Shown here in pieces: positions 49,321 to 63,253 of a stretch of 64,000 nt of DNA. The notes under the pieces were generated by a model, which did not search any database, was not told the DNA's origin, and saw only the letters and a program-made list of their open reading frames with translations. Position numbers and translations under genes: made by a program. Within the stretch, counting starts at the first letter, position 1, and each line of letters opens with the position of its first letter. Source of the stretch: Octopus vulgaris (Eukaryota); the NCBI GenBank assembly GCA_951406725.2, contig OX597823.1:37262001-37326000 (forward strand), written 5' to 3'.

Positions 49321-50334
49321 CAACTACCTGAGAAAATAATAAAATCTAAGATAATAAGTTGAATTCCTGTATATTCGTTAAGTAATAAATATATTTGGTC
49401 ATCTGTTATTTTTACAATCCAAGATACCAGCATTTAAATTTATGGCCTACTCTGTATTTATTGATTTCTTTCACAATAACTTTGACGTTCCACCAATTAA
49501 AGCTTTTCAATCTATCGTGAAGAAATGGATGTTTATCGTTTATATATAGTTCAGGATTATTAAAGATAGAAGAGTTCGTTACAATGTCTGGTGTAGAATT
49601 ATTACGATACAATGGTAAAGAATCAATAGGGATGGGCAATGAGAAAGTTGTGATTAATACATAGTTTTCAGTTCCTTGTTACTGTTTTCCTTCCTCCCTT
49701 CCTTTTACCGTTTTTTATTATACTAATTGTTTCTTCCTCTTTCCCTTTCTTCCTGTTTATTTTTTCTGAGCAAAGTCTATTATCCGAAACGCTAAGGCAT
49801 TCCTTTTACCTCCTCAAGCGTTAAACCAGTAACATATTTGTCATACGTTGTTCTTCTTGTGTTGTTCTTTCTACAGTTTAATGTTTTTTACTTTATATTT
49901 TAACAACTGAAAGAATGGAAACGTGAAGCTCGGAGTTGTGGAAATTATGAGCTATTTGGTTATAATGTATAATTTTAATTAAAATATATAATATTCTACA
50001 TTCTTGCATTAAGCTTTGTAGTTTATCACTTCTCGGTGAATCAACAATTACATGTACGTTCGTGCGCGCGCGCGCGTGTGTGAGTGAGTGTATTCAAGGG
50101 GAAATAGATGTAATAGAATTGTGTCGGTCGATTTTCGTTCATAAAACATTTCTTTCTTAGATCTACAAAGATATGTATTTACAGCGAACATAATAAGTTC
50201 AACGACTGTTATTTTCCTTTGACAAAATTGAATCCAGTTATGTAAGAATATAAATTATGTTATTGATAAGATCAGTTTGCTGTGTTAGAATTAAATAGCT
50301 TCAGAAAACACAGTGTCAAAGAAGAGGAATATAA

Positions 50335-50390
<56 letters not shown>

Positions 50391-50394
50391 TATT

Positions 50395-50439
<45 letters not shown>

Positions 50440-51012
50440 GAGTGAGAGAGCAGTGCATGCCATCAAAGTGACACTGGAGTAAAATATACGAAGCCCAGTA
50501 TACCCATCATGACTACACGTCTGATAAGGGTACACTAGGCACATGCATTACAACCATATGTGCGCGACATGATGATCTCATACCAAGATAAACAGCACAT
50601 GACCTTGCAGGTGGGGCCCAGTTAGAATTTTCTTCTGGTCGAGTAACCCATACCGCTCAAAAGGTCCCTGAATAAGGGTTGTTTAAGGATGTTGAACAAA
50701 ACACCCATGTTTCCAGAGGAGTATTATTCAAACCCCAAAGAATCCCTATCAACACATGGCTATGATACTCCCCCACTACTTCTGCTCGTGATCAAAGATG
50801 CACATATCGTCAGCCACTAAGGGACATGCTCAACTGGTTAAGGTCAAACTGACAAGCAAATCTGTGGTATTTAGCAGAATATTTTATACCAAGACAAAAC
50901 AATGTACATGATAACACTTCCAATGTACATGATAACAATGTACATGATAACACTTCCAATCAGTTAAGATCAGAAGCCATGAGAGCCACTACCTGGTACT
51001 GCAACAGGGCAT
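50440..51012. mobile_element. ~570-bp non-coding element in (TAA)n, copy 1
   Basis: Colinear end to end with 51187-51742; both copies bounded by (TAA)n. Confidence 0.85.
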
Positions 51013-51039
51013 TTACTATTATTATTACTATTATCATCA

Positions 51040-51169
<130 letters not shown>

Positions 51170-51186
51170 CATTATTATTATTATTT

Positions 51187-51742
51187 AATGAGAGATCAGT
51201 GCATGCCATCAAGGTGACACGGGTAAAATATACGAAGTCCAGTATACCCATCATAACTACCTGTATGATAAGTGTACATCAGGCACATGCATCACAACCA
51301 TATGTGTGCGACATAATGATTTCTTATCAAGATAAGCAGCACACGACCTTGCATGTAGGGCCCAGTTAGAATTTTCTTCTGGTCGAGTAACTCATCCCGC
51401 TCAAAAGGTCCTTGAATAAAGGTTGTTTAAAGATGTTGGACGAAACATCTATGTTTCCAGAGGTGAATTATTCAAACCCCAAAGAATCCCTATCAACACA
51501 TGGCTATGATGCTCCACTACTACCTCTGCTCGTAATCAGAGATGCACATATCGTCAACCACTAGGGGACATGCTCAACTGGTTATGGTCAAGCAAATGAC
51601 AAGCAAATCTGTGGTATTGAGCAGAATATTTGCTGTAGCCCATCTTTTATACCAAGACAAAAAAAAATGTACATGATAACATTTCCAATCAGTTAAGATC
51701 AGAAGCCATGAGAGCCACTGCCTGGTACTGCATCAGGGCATT
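51187..51742. mobile_element. ~555-bp non-coding element in (TAA)n, copy 2
   Basis: Same termini (gagaga.cagtgcatgccatcaa ... ctggtactgca.cagggcatt), with scattered substitutions and indels. Confidence 0.85.
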
Positions 51743-51752
51743 TATTATTATA

Positions 51753-51836
<84 letters not shown>

Positions 51837-52327
51837 GGTTAACATAAAAGAAAAGAAAAGAAAAAATAAATACGGTTTGCTATAGTCTAGAATTGTTGTT
51901 GGTCAGGAAAGTCTGTAAACCATTTAATTAAAAGTGATTAGAAAACAGATTATGTGAAAGTTAAAAAGAATTGAAAAAATAACTTAATATAAACTTAATA
52001 AATCGATGATTTCGAAAACAAAAGTTGCAATTTCAATAATTAAGTAAATGTAATTAATAGTCTAAGGTTAGATAATTATATGAATGCATTTAAGAGTACA
52101 TCTGTAATAGCGTCGAAGTTCTGTGTCTCTCGGCTTTTAAGCGAATATAGTTTCTCTAATGTTTCATTACTGATTTTTAAAACTATAATAATTAAGACTG
52201 TCGTTTCTGTTTGTTTGGGTGTACTTTTGTGGCTTGTAAAAAACTAATTTTACGGAGAAAAGGTTCTTTAACACGATAAAGGATAAAAGTGAACATCATA
52301 GTATAAGAAAGTTAAAGAAGTATACTA

Positions 52328-53560
52328 TTAGGTTGGCAACTAAGTTCCCGCCGTTTTTTAATTTAATTTTGGAATTTATTGCGTTTTTAAATATGTATCT
52401 TCTATTTTTGAATCAGTTTGGAATCTATTTTTTTTTTCTTCTAGTTAATTTTAGTTAGTTTTTGTTTATTTTCAGATCATTAAAATAGAATGCCAAGTTA
52501 AGAAAAACGAGCATTTTCGACACCTCCTTTTTGCTTTTAATCCAGGTTCTAAGGCCGCAAAAGCTGCTCGGGACATTTGTGCTGTGTATGGAGAGGGTGC
52601 CATAGCTGAAGGAACCGCTCGTGATTGATATGCCAAGTTCAAAAATGGAAATTTGGAACTCAAATGACGCACCTAGTTCTGGCCGCCCAGTTGAGTTCGA
52701 TGAAGAGTGATTAAACCAACTTTTGCACGAAAATTCTCGTCAAACGACAAGGGAACTGGCAGAGAAAATGGAACACTGCTATAGAGAAGCATCTTCACTC
52801 GATGGAAAAGGTTCAGAAGTATGGTGCATGGGTTCCGCATGCTTTAAGTGACAACAAAAATCAACGAGCCACAATCTCCGCTGAACACAAGCTTAGATTT
52901 CTTTACCGAATCGTTACTGGCGACGAAAAATGGTGCCCGTACATTAATATGAAACAGCGCAAGGAATAGCTTAGCCACGGTAAGCAAGCGACACCGTGCG
53001 TGAAACAAGATCTTCATCCGCGTATATCGATGTTATGCGTATGGTGGGAATGGGAAGGGATTATCTGTTACGAATTACTTGAACGGAACCAAACGGTCAA
53101 CGCGTAACTCTATGTTCAACAGATGGAAAGACTCAACACGGCTATTCAAGAGAAAATACCTAATCGGCAGCATGGAGTTCTGCTGCACGACAACGCCCGC
53201 CCTCATATCACCAATAGGACCATGGAAGTCATTCAAACGCATGGCTGTGAAGTGCGGTCACACTCGCCGTACTCTCCTGATTTGGCACCAACGGATTTCC
53301 ACCTCTTTCAATCTCTTTCAAATGCTATGCGCGGAGTTTCGTTCAATACTGATGCAGAATTGAAAGCTTGGTTCGATCAATTTTTCGAGTCGAAATCGGG
53401 TCATTTCTACCTACGAGGTATTGAAAATCTTGTTGAACTTTGGGAAGAAGTTGTAAACAACAAGGGTGAATACATTACTGATTAATTAGTTGTTATTTTT
53501 ATTAAACCTTTTAAAAAATTTGCTTTTTAAAAAACGACGGGAACTTAGTTGCCAACCCAA
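52328..53560 (+). mobile_element. Full-length decayed mariner (DD34D) element
   Basis: TA flanks; TIRs ttaggttggcaactaagttcccgccgtttttt / aaaaaacgacgggaacttagttgccaacccaa; GAWVPHAL, IVTGDEKW, LHDNARPH, YSPDLAPTDFHLF; stops and frameshifts. Confidence 0.95.
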
Positions 53561-53800
53561 TACTTTACGATACAGGAGTGTGGTGTGTATCGGTAAATTA
53601 TTACCTATTGTGTGGGGGTGGAAGATAATTGATTTTAAGCGATTTCAATATCAAAAAAATTTTGTTTACAAGATGAGACTAATTTCGGTTAAATTGTTGT
53701 GGGATTTAAGAATAGATTTTAACAGGGTCCTGGCCAGCACACAGAGATATTTATTGTTATGATGATATTTATTGTTATATATATATATATATGTATATAT

Positions 53801-54013
53801 ACAACTTATAAACAAGAGCAAAGAAAAAAAATTCTTATGCCAAATATGCCGAAAATAGACAAATCGTCAATAACCATATAATTTATCACTATAAGCACGC
53901 GTCTTTTTCTTTTGCCCTTGTTTATAAGTTGTTTATAAATTTAACCTTTAAAGGTATTTTTTAATATGCTGGCCATTGATAGAATTTTTTCGAAAAATGT
54001 TATCCTATATTAG
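53801..54013. repeat. Fold-back insert between (TA)n tracts
   Basis: 53801-53830 is inverted relative to 53904-53932; left part is the reverse complement of the family sequence at 10490-10570. Confidence 0.75.
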
Positions 54014-54023
54014 ATGTATATAC

Positions 54024-54089
<66 letters not shown>

Positions 54090-55394
54090 ATGTATACATA
54101 TGCATAAATAATACATACACGTGTACCTACACGCTCATATATACACACGCTCATATATACACATGCTCATATATACACACGCTCATATATACACATGCTC
54201 GATATACACTCACAGGTCATAGATAAGCCAGATAGATTGATAGGTAGTTAGCAGGTTATGATAGTAGGGTTCGGTTTCAAGTTAAACAGACATGCGTCGT
54301 GATAATGCCGCCAGCTTGACTAAAGACAAGACACGAGTCGGAAGCAAGAAGGAAAAGAAATCAATATACAAGTGCTGCTACCTCTCGGTAGCAAAAGAAA
54401 ACAAAATCAAGAAAAGAAAACACTTATCATATGAAATAAAACGGTTAGAAAATGTGTAATTAGTTGAGAAAGGTAGCAAATACATTAGCAATGTAACTCT
54501 AGCCAGTGGATCTGTTGTTAGGGAGGAGAACAGGTTTTCAGGATTGTCTTAGTTTATTTTATTATTATATTTCTTTGTGGTTTACTGCTTTAGATGTGTT
54601 TTTATATTAGTTTTTCGAGATTTTCTTTTCTTATTTGGTTTAACCTGCTTCATTTTCGTTCCACTCTCTCTTTTTTAGTTGTTTGCTGATGTAAATTATC
54701 ATTTTGTGGTTGGATACTCCTACTCTACTTACTTTTTCTTCAGTTAATATAATTGTGGATGTTGTTATTGTTATTATTATTATCATTATTGTGGTTGTTA
54801 TAGTTTTCATTATTATTATTATTATTGTTGTTGATATTGTTTTTGTGTACGTTGAAGTAGAAGGACGTCTTCAAGAAAGCTACATAAAAAGATGAATTTT
54901 ACCATGATTTATTTGAAGGAAATGTTTGTTTTACTTTTCATTTTGTAAACAGAGGACTTCAATAGCTTTTGGACATCTACCCACATTACTAAGATGAGAT
55001 AATTGGTTCGGCTATTAGACATATTTTTAAAATGTTGTTCTTTTCAAGACACCCAAGATGGATTCTTCTACTTCTAAGTTAGCAATAAGAGATGCTAACC
55101 ACAAAAGCCGTATCTGAGGATACGCGCTCAAGAATACAGATTTTTAAAAATTCAGAAATATAATGCATAGTTTTTTTTTAAAAAGGGGAAAACGGAGATA
55201 ACTATATTTGTACTAGCAAATGCGGCAAATATTTACTCTTAACACAGCAGAGATTTTAACAAATGAGCATAATAAAAAAATTAATCAAATTTAACAGAAA
55301 TGATAGTTGTTTTATCAACATTGCCAATCAGACAGAGGTGCCCGATACAGAAAACAGGTACGTGGGAAATTTATAATACATAGCACAATGACTA

Positions 55395-55840
55395 ACTAGC
55401 CTTGTGCCAAAATTTGAAACAGTTATCTTTTTAATTGGGGAAAAGAATAGGTCGATACCATCGACCTCAGTATTTGACTAGTACCTTATTTCATCAACCT
55501 TAAAAGAATGAAAGCCGACAAGATTTGAGGTCAGAAAGTAAAGAGCCGGAAGAAATGCCGCTAAACATTTTTTAAGACATGCTAACGATTCTGCCTACTT
55601 CCCCCTTAGCGATAATAATAATGGTTGGAAATTTTGATACAAGGTCAGCAATTGTGGGCGAGGGTGCTATCCGATTATGTTGACCCCACTCCCCAGTTCT
55701 CAACTGATGCTTATTTTATCGAACCCGAAAGGAATGAATGGTAAAGTCGATCCTAGCTGCGTTCGGGCTCAGAACATAACAGACGAAATGTCACTAAGCA
55801 TCTTTGCCCGGCACGCTAACGATTCTGACAGCTCTCCGAT
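55395..55840 (-). mobile_element. Two decayed SINE copies
   Basis: gaaatgccgctaaacat...gctaacgattctgcc and gaaatgtcactaagcat...gctaacgattctgacagctc. Confidence 0.7.
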
Positions 55841-56710
55841 AATAATAATAATAGTGCTGATGATAATATTGTTTTGACTATCAATTTTTCTGTGTGCCTT
55901 AAAGAAAATGCTATTGCTCTCAAAGAACTATTTCTATCCCTTGGTTTAAATTCCCGGTCATAATCAATGAAAAAGACGACACTGTTACCTACAACTCTAA
56001 AATATCACAGTATATAAAAAGTCGTTGTAGTGCCAAAAGTAGAGTAGAGCCTAATCTATTCGTCCGTGAGTCTAATTCGTGTATCTTGTTCTCAGTTATT
56101 ATTTAAACTTCTGAGCGGAATAGAATTGGTCTTTTTCTTTTCATGTTTCATACCTACCTTATAAAAACAAGAACAGCCGAAATGATAGAAAATGTTGTGA
56201 AGTGGATGCGTACACAGTAGCAATTTACCTATAGAAAGGTATATCGATTCCTTCTAGGAAAAGTTTCATTATCGATGCTAAAACTTTAAGGAAATTTATT
56301 TATAACATTTCATTTTCTTACATTTCTTACGATCTTCAGTTGACGTGAAAAATGTTTCTACTGAAATTCGATCTTAGGAACCATCAATTTTTGATAGAAT
56401 TAACACGAAACTCTACTATCAAGGTTTCAGATCTATGAATATTTCTTGGGTTTTACGGTGTTTTAGCATCTGATAATGATTGGGATATTTTCAATTACAA
56501 TCCCCCACCCACCCCCACAAAGCTACAAGGAATCAAAAGGTAGTGTTTGTTCATAATTCATTCTGCTGTGATGCGTCATATCAATCTTCTCTCACAAATT
56601 TTGCATTTGTACCAATTTAGTCTTTATCAGTTCTCAGTACGAATATCATGTAATCAGTTTTACGCTAAGAAATAAGTCAACTTACATCGTTTTCACTAAT
56701 AAACTTTCCG

Positions 56711-56797
<87 letters not shown>

Positions 56798-56875
56798 ACA
56801 CACATACACACAAACGCACACACATGCGTGCGTACACACATAAATATATATAAATATAAGTACATATATTAAAAA

Positions 56876-58520
56876 CTAGTAGTAATAACCGTACTTGATC
56901 GGGTAATTACTTTTACTGTTTCTCGGAGCCACATTCAAATTATTATTATATATATAATTTATTCCTCCTGTATGTGTATATTTTTATAAGAGAAAAATAT
57001 GTTATAATTGAAGTAGAAAAAAGATCAAATTCATACTTGAACTTATGTTTGCTTATTATATGATAATAATAATAAGTGAGTTGTTGGTGTGTTATTTCAT
57101 TACAGTAAAGGCAATCATATAATACTGTTATAAAAGAAAAACATGTAATAATTGAGGTAGAAAAAAGATCAATTTTATACATGAATTTCTATTTGTTTAT
57201 TATATGATAATAATAAGTGGGTTGTATGTGTTATCTTATTTATCAATGCAGTAATAGCAATTAAATAATACAGTTCATTTAAATAGGCAATTTACTCATT
57301 CTTGAATATAATGATAGTAATGGTAAATTAAGTTATTGAAGTATTCATGTTGCATTAAGAGTGAATATTTCTTCATAAGCAATGTTTTTTGGGGTTTTTT
57401 TCGGAGAGCATAAGCAAAAAGATTTGGCCATGTGAAAAGCATGGTTGTTCAAGCTGCAATCCAGCAACTTTTAGTGTTTGGTGCTGATTTTTATTAATAC
57501 TCATGGCAAAAGAAACACAGATAAGAAACTGTAACTGCTTAAATTGGAATGGGACATTAGATGGTATAACTGGTATGCGAGGAATGAAGACGGTCTCACC
57601 TTTACCACAACCAGTGAGAATATTTGCCTCAATGCATTTCGTCATAAGTTTGTGAAATTACATAATTTTGGTTGAGACAAATAGTGTAATAGTATAACAG
57701 AAGTCCATTTTTTCAGCTGAAGACAATGAGAAGCTTTACCTGGTGGTTCTAGTGAGTTCAAAAATTCGAAGGGGTAGTTAACAATATCGTAATCATCAAC
57801 AACCCTGTCAACTGAGTGGATACTTTTCCCGGGAGTTTATTCAGTAGCATATTATTAATGCTATGTACAGCTACATTTTTTTTTTGCGCCAGGATGCTCA
57901 CAAATCCAATCTGTATTGTTGTATAATGAAGAAGATTAGGAAAGATTTCATCCACCAAATCATCGACGGAATCAATTGAATTACATATTGGATTGAGTGC
58001 AAGAAACTGTTCTTCATCAACTGGAACTCACCCTTCACTGAGTTTCAAAAGGTGCTCTGCAAATAGTTCAGCTGTTTGATCTTTTGAAAGCCTCGATCTC
58101 ATAGAATAAGTGAAGTAGAAAAAAGATCAAGTTCATACATGAACTTCTGTTTGTTTATTATACGACAATAAGTGAGTAGTATGTGTTATTATATTTATGA
58201 ATATAGTAATGGCAATCATACAATACACTTCATTTAAATAGTTATGTTCTTCAAGTTGCAATCCAGCAACTTTTAGTGTTTGGCCCAGACTTTTATTAAT
58301 GCTCATGGCAAAAGAAACACGGATCGGAAGCTGTAACGGCTTAAATTGGAATGGGACATTAGAGGATATAGCTGGTATGCGAGGAACGAAGGTGGTGTCA
58401 CCTTTACCACAACCAGTGAAAATATTTGCCTCAATGCAGTTCCTCGTAAGTTAGTGCACAAATAGTGTTGTACCATTGCATAATTTTTGTTGAGACAAAT
58501 TAGGCAATAGCATAATAGCT
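56876..58520 (-). mobile_element. Helitron 3' region: Pif1 helicase C-terminal remnants (partly duplicated) and terminus
   Basis: [37 protein letters not shown]...TLKVAGLQLEQPCFSHGQ (a second copy lies at about 58250-58440); minus-strand hairpin cccgatcaagtacgg followed by CTAG. Confidence 0.9.
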
Positions 58521-58670
58521 TCCCCTGAATCAGGTACTTTCATTTTGCCGAAGAAAGAAAAAAGCAGAATTTCGATTTTATGTATATAGAAAAAGCATAA
58601 TAGGGTGCCTAGAACCATTTAGTTTCATTTTGCTGAACAAACAGACGAAACTCTCTTTTATATTTATAGA

Positions 58671-59130
58671 CCAGCTATTTTGACCCGTGCTTCGCTCGGG
58701 TTTTGGTGGTGGTGTTGTTTTGTGCTTGTTATCTCCTTTTCTCTTTCTTCGTTTGTTCGTCGTCTTTGCCTGGTTCTTTTTATTGCCCTCTTCTTTACCC
58801 CCCCTTTCCAAAATCCCCCAAATTTTTACACCCACAATTAAAGATAACCTCCTCTAGCCCCTGCAGCAACACGTAAAGCCACCATTATTCAAACAGCGCA
58901 ACCTGTCTATCCCATAAAACTCAATTTTTCCCATATTCCTCACCATGTCAACCAAACGGTAGCCCCGAGCGATTTGCAACCCTCCTCACACCATTGCCCA
59001 CCCCATTTTATCCCCCAGTGTAAATTTTGGCGCCAATCCGACGCCATCTACCGTCCCTTAAACCGTTCCCATCTCAAAATGAGACAGATAACCAAGAAAC
59101 TTTTTTGCATTTCAGATTTATAGATATTGA
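58671..59130 (-). mobile_element. Non-autonomous Helitron (decayed)
   Basis: Minus-strand 3' hairpin cccgagcgaagcacggg then CTGG; 5' TC/AT-rich start followed by tctgtctc. Confidence 0.6.
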
Positions 59131-59439
59131 TAAAATATATATGATATGCATATTATGTATACACACATACGTACGTATGAAGATACATACGTGTATATGT
59201 GTATGTTAGTATGTGTATGTGTGCGTGTGTGTGCGTGTGTCTGTCTGTGTCTGTATGTGTGTCCCCAAAATTTGTAAGCAATGGAATATGTTCATTATGT
59301 AAGGCTCAGGCAACGAACTCTCATCAGCATAGCTCAACATCGAGCCGAAATTACCACAACGAAGTTTACATCGCCGTGAGAAATAAACAATCAGTCGCCA
59401 GTCTAGCCACCGAGCGATGAGAGCTAGCCGTATGTGTGT

Positions 59440-60400
59440 TAACGGTGCCACCTCTTCATCAAAAAATGCTTCAACCAGACTACTTCACTCAATTGGCTAC
59501 TAACCTATCAATTTCTTCCTCCTTCTCTATTCACCTACCTCTATTCAATTTCATACACCTCTGCATTCCTCAGTACCCCCCTCCTTTACCAACCCACCTT
59601 CATTGTAGTGCTAACTACTGCAACATTGACCACCTACTTATCCCCCCACACACACACACTCTGTCCACCTCCCTTTATCTTCTGTCAAACCTTTCTATGT
59701 ATCTTGCCTCAGCAATCTCCCTCCACCACTGAATTAGACACTTTCCCTTCCTCAAATAACTGCCATCCCTTTTTTCACGAGCTCAACATCCAATAATTCT
59801 ATAATTTTTATCTCTATACCTTGATACCTATACACAAACCCAGCAACGACTGGCCATCGTTTAGTTACTATCTATCCCACCCTTCCTATTCATCTCCCAA
59901 CTCTCCACCTCTACTACTACCTCCCTTGACTAGCTTTTTTATCTCCTCTCACCATTCCCTGTCTTAACACTCCCCGTAACCCCATCGACCCTCCTACTTC
60001 CTCTAATATGGCTAGCTCTCTACATTTAATCATTCCACCTTTGAACTTCTCTGCATTATGATCTGAAATGTAAGATCCGCTCTACCCTGATGATGAAGGC
60101 TCGATTTATCCAATGTTGATTGTTTCTATCACGGCCGCATATTGTGATGAACCACATCCACCAGCATTATGACGGATCTTCGATCATCCAGAAACAGCTG
60201 TTGAGCTTATGGCACCTTTCTTCATCTCCTTTGATTTGATATGTCACTTGTACTTTTTGTGAGTTGGATCTGTTAATATAAATATCTATATATTTATACT
60301 TAAATATTCATAGTCTGAAAGTCTCCACCTTTTGCTTTTTCTTGTTTAGCATGTATACTATATACATATTTTGTATTTCATACAAATTGTTATATTCAAT
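59440..60400 (+). mobile_element. Possible old Penelope-like 3' region
   Basis: C-rich decayed sequence leading to CTGATGA...GAAACAGCTGTT (same palindromic stem III as 5686-5736). Confidence 0.35.
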
Positions 60401-60795
60401 ATATCTCATTTGTTTCTCCGCATAAGTGCCCCATACCTGCTCAGCTTGATCGTTCTTATAATTATTATTTACCCCGTGGAATTGATCCCCAGTGAAGACA
60501 TCGGGTTTAAGTTTGAATCATTTGGAGCACTATTAAATGTCTTCTATACTAAGAATCTCGGGATCTCATCTGCTGACTATATATATATATATATATTGAA
60601 ATAAATACGTTCTCTAGTAGCAAGCACTAACCGCAGTGAATTATTTACTGCAGGTCTTCGCTTCAGGAATTCTTTAGCGCGCCGGAACTAAGACATTTGA
60701 AATTTTATACCCAATGTAATCGGTAAAACTAAACACGTGTCTGTTTTGGCACAGAAAGCTGGGGTTAGTTTTTCAGATTGCATTTACACTGAATG

Positions 60796-60885
60796 ATTGT
60801 ACTGATGAGGCCACGGACATTTGAGTAATTTGAGTAATTCTTTTGAGTAATTCTTTTGTTAAAGGCCGAAACCGAGGTATGCAAT
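60796..60885 (+). ncRNA. Type I hammerhead ribozyme motif with a fully canonical core
   Basis: attgta CTGATGA ggcc [51 nt] ggcc GAAA cc-ga-gg TA tgcaat: 6-bp stem I (one G-U), G-C-closed stem II, GUA cleavage triplet; lies in an insert (about 60605-61155) bounded by (TA)n. Confidence 0.8.
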
Positions 60886-61150
60886 TAATTCTGTTTTTTA
60901 TATAAATTTTCATCTGTCCTGCCCGCCAAATTTGGTTCTGGTGTTCGCTGAATTTTTCCTCTAGAGAACTTTCTTTGTAGTTTGATCGTTGATGATCTAT
61001 TTCTAGCATACGGCCGACTACCTAGCAGTCTTGCCCTGCCAATATACACATATATTAGAATTCTCTCTGATTTCTCAGATTTTTTTGTATGCTAGACTAC
61101 TGGTTTTAAATTGATATTAAAATTAATATTAATTTATCTCCCTCATTATT

Positions 61151-61195
<45 letters not shown>

Positions 61196-61513
61196 GCATA
61201 TAAAGTTTCAGTTTGTCCACCTTCGTCCGACTGTGCTTTATCAAGATTCAATTTGGCTTTATATAGTCTGTCGCCAGCTATTTTAAGGAAAGGTGAGGCT
61301 ATGTGGACTGATAATTAGGCGTGATGTAAGTATACCGGGGAAATGATTGTGTAGGAAGAGGAATAATGAGAGATAAGAAGAAAGTACATATTTGTAGGAT
61401 ATGGGTCGATAAAAAGTTATCGTGAGATTTTCATATGGTTTGATTTGTGGATTTTGTTATTGTTTATATGTGTGTGTATGCGTTTATGTATGTGTGTATA
61501 TATATATATATAT

Positions 61514-61552
<39 letters not shown>

Positions 61553-62103
61553 TGTGTGAGTGAGAATACATGTATACATTCATATGTATCTATGTATATA
61601 TATGTACATATATATGTGTATGTGCGTGTGTGTTTTAACCAGAAAGTAGAGTTGATATTCCGTTAAGGCTTGATTTGAACATCTGTTGGTTGATATCTGA
61701 ACAAAAACAGAGAATTGTAGGTCCGGGAAGGAAGCATTCTGTATAAATAAGTAGAAAGAAAAGTGACAATGGAATTGATTAGATGGGAATGAGGAGAACA
61801 GTTGGCAGCTGTATTGTGTGAACATAGTTGGAAGTGGAAAACAACTAGTGACTTCAGAATAATAGAAGCCTATATACTAACTACAGAACAGACAAACAGG
61901 AAATAGACTTTGTAGTTCGTTGATGAGTGAATGTTTACCAAACAATTGAACACCTTTCTATTGGATGCGGTTAAGAATTTCTGTGTGTATAGTAACAACA
62001 GTACCAGATGTAGGAGCAGTATTGCAAAAAGTTAGTAACTAAACAGAACCGAAGTATTTTCTAGATTTTAGTGATAATTCTGGCTTTTGGAAAAACTATA
62101 CTT

Positions 62104-62182
62104 CCTATTAACATCCTTTTATTTAAGATCCTGTTCTATTAACATCCTTTTGTAACAAGATCTTGCTATTAACATCCTTTCA
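62104..62182. repeat. Three-unit ~30-bp minisatellite
   Basis: ctattaacatccttt repeated three times with similar spacers. Confidence 0.8.
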
Positions 62183-62609
62183 TATCCCTCTTCTAACTAT
62201 GTCGATTCTCTTCAGCCACATTCAATAATACATGATTCATACTTCTGTTTTTTGTTACGAAACCTGTGTTTACCTATGGAGCTGGCTTCTATTAAATTTT
62301 ACTTTTACTTTTTTTATAAGTTTTAGATTTTGTCATTTCTCTGGTAAATTCTCTGCTATCTAGAACAGTTTTACAGCTACACCTATTTAACTAAATTTGG
62401 TAATACCTTTGAAAAGGAATAAATGCCACAATTTCAATTTTTCCATATCTTTCATTTACTGGAGATAACCAAGCCTCAGTATACTTCTCAACACTTTCCA
62501 GAAAGTGCAACCTCAGTATATGGTTATAAATTTTATTCCCGACTGAATTTTACCCATGTAAAAAATATATACGTGGAAATATAAATATAAATATAAATAT
62601 TAATATAAA

Positions 62610-63165
62610 TCTGTTTCGCCTCATGCTTGTCAGTTTTGATGTTGTAATGTTGGAATATTGTCCAGTGGATATAACTACTTACTTTATCGTGTCTGTATAC
62701 ATATTCAGACATGGCAAGGACTGGGCAGCCCGAGATAATTTGGTCAATTGTTTCATTGTGCTGGTTGAACATTCTGTATTTGGTGTTGAGGCCCGTTTTC
62801 ATTATTTTGTTTTTATAATTGCTTGTAGTCTGGCATTGGTCTTGTGCAGCGAGAATCAGTCCTTCCGTTTCGGATTTTAATCCAGAGCTTTTGAGCCATC
62901 TTTGGTTTTTACTCTCTATGAAGCCTCGCAGAGTACTGGCCATGAAGTGATTTTTCTCTCCATTTCTTCTTCAGTATCTTTTGTAATTCACTTTTGATGT
63001 TGTTGATTTTTTGTTTTTTTTTTGTTTTTCTGATCATTCCTGCTATGTTGTCAACTGAAGTCAACATTTCAGTGTAGTTTGCTTCTGTTTTGTATTTTGT
63101 CGCCTCCTTGTCTATATAGAAAAGCGTTTTCTTTTTCGCATGTTGCTTTACTACATACAATAGTC
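62610..63165 (-). mobile_element. R4/Dong-like retrotransposon fragment (post-RT and zinc-finger region)
   Basis: WREKSLHGQY, WLKSSGLKSETEGLILAAQDQ, ETIDQIISGCPVLAMSEYVYRHDKV..YIHW. Confidence 0.88.
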
Positions 63166-63171
63166 TTCCCT

Positions 63172-63209
63172 ATAATTATTATTATTGTTGTTGTTGTTGT
63201 TGCTGCTGC

Positions 63210-63253
<44 letters not shown>

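Noticed and set aside
50955-51012. Faint U2 snRNA-like words (taagatca, cctggta.tgca) at the end of the (TAA)n element
   Set aside because: The matches are too short and not colinear enough to support homology.
59310-59360. CTGATGA (minus) near gctc-aacatc-gagc-cGAAA (plus)
   Set aside because: The two half-cores lie on opposite strands.
61200-61240. Minus-strand CGGACGA...GAAAC
   Set aside because: Mutated core, weak stem II and no stem I partner.
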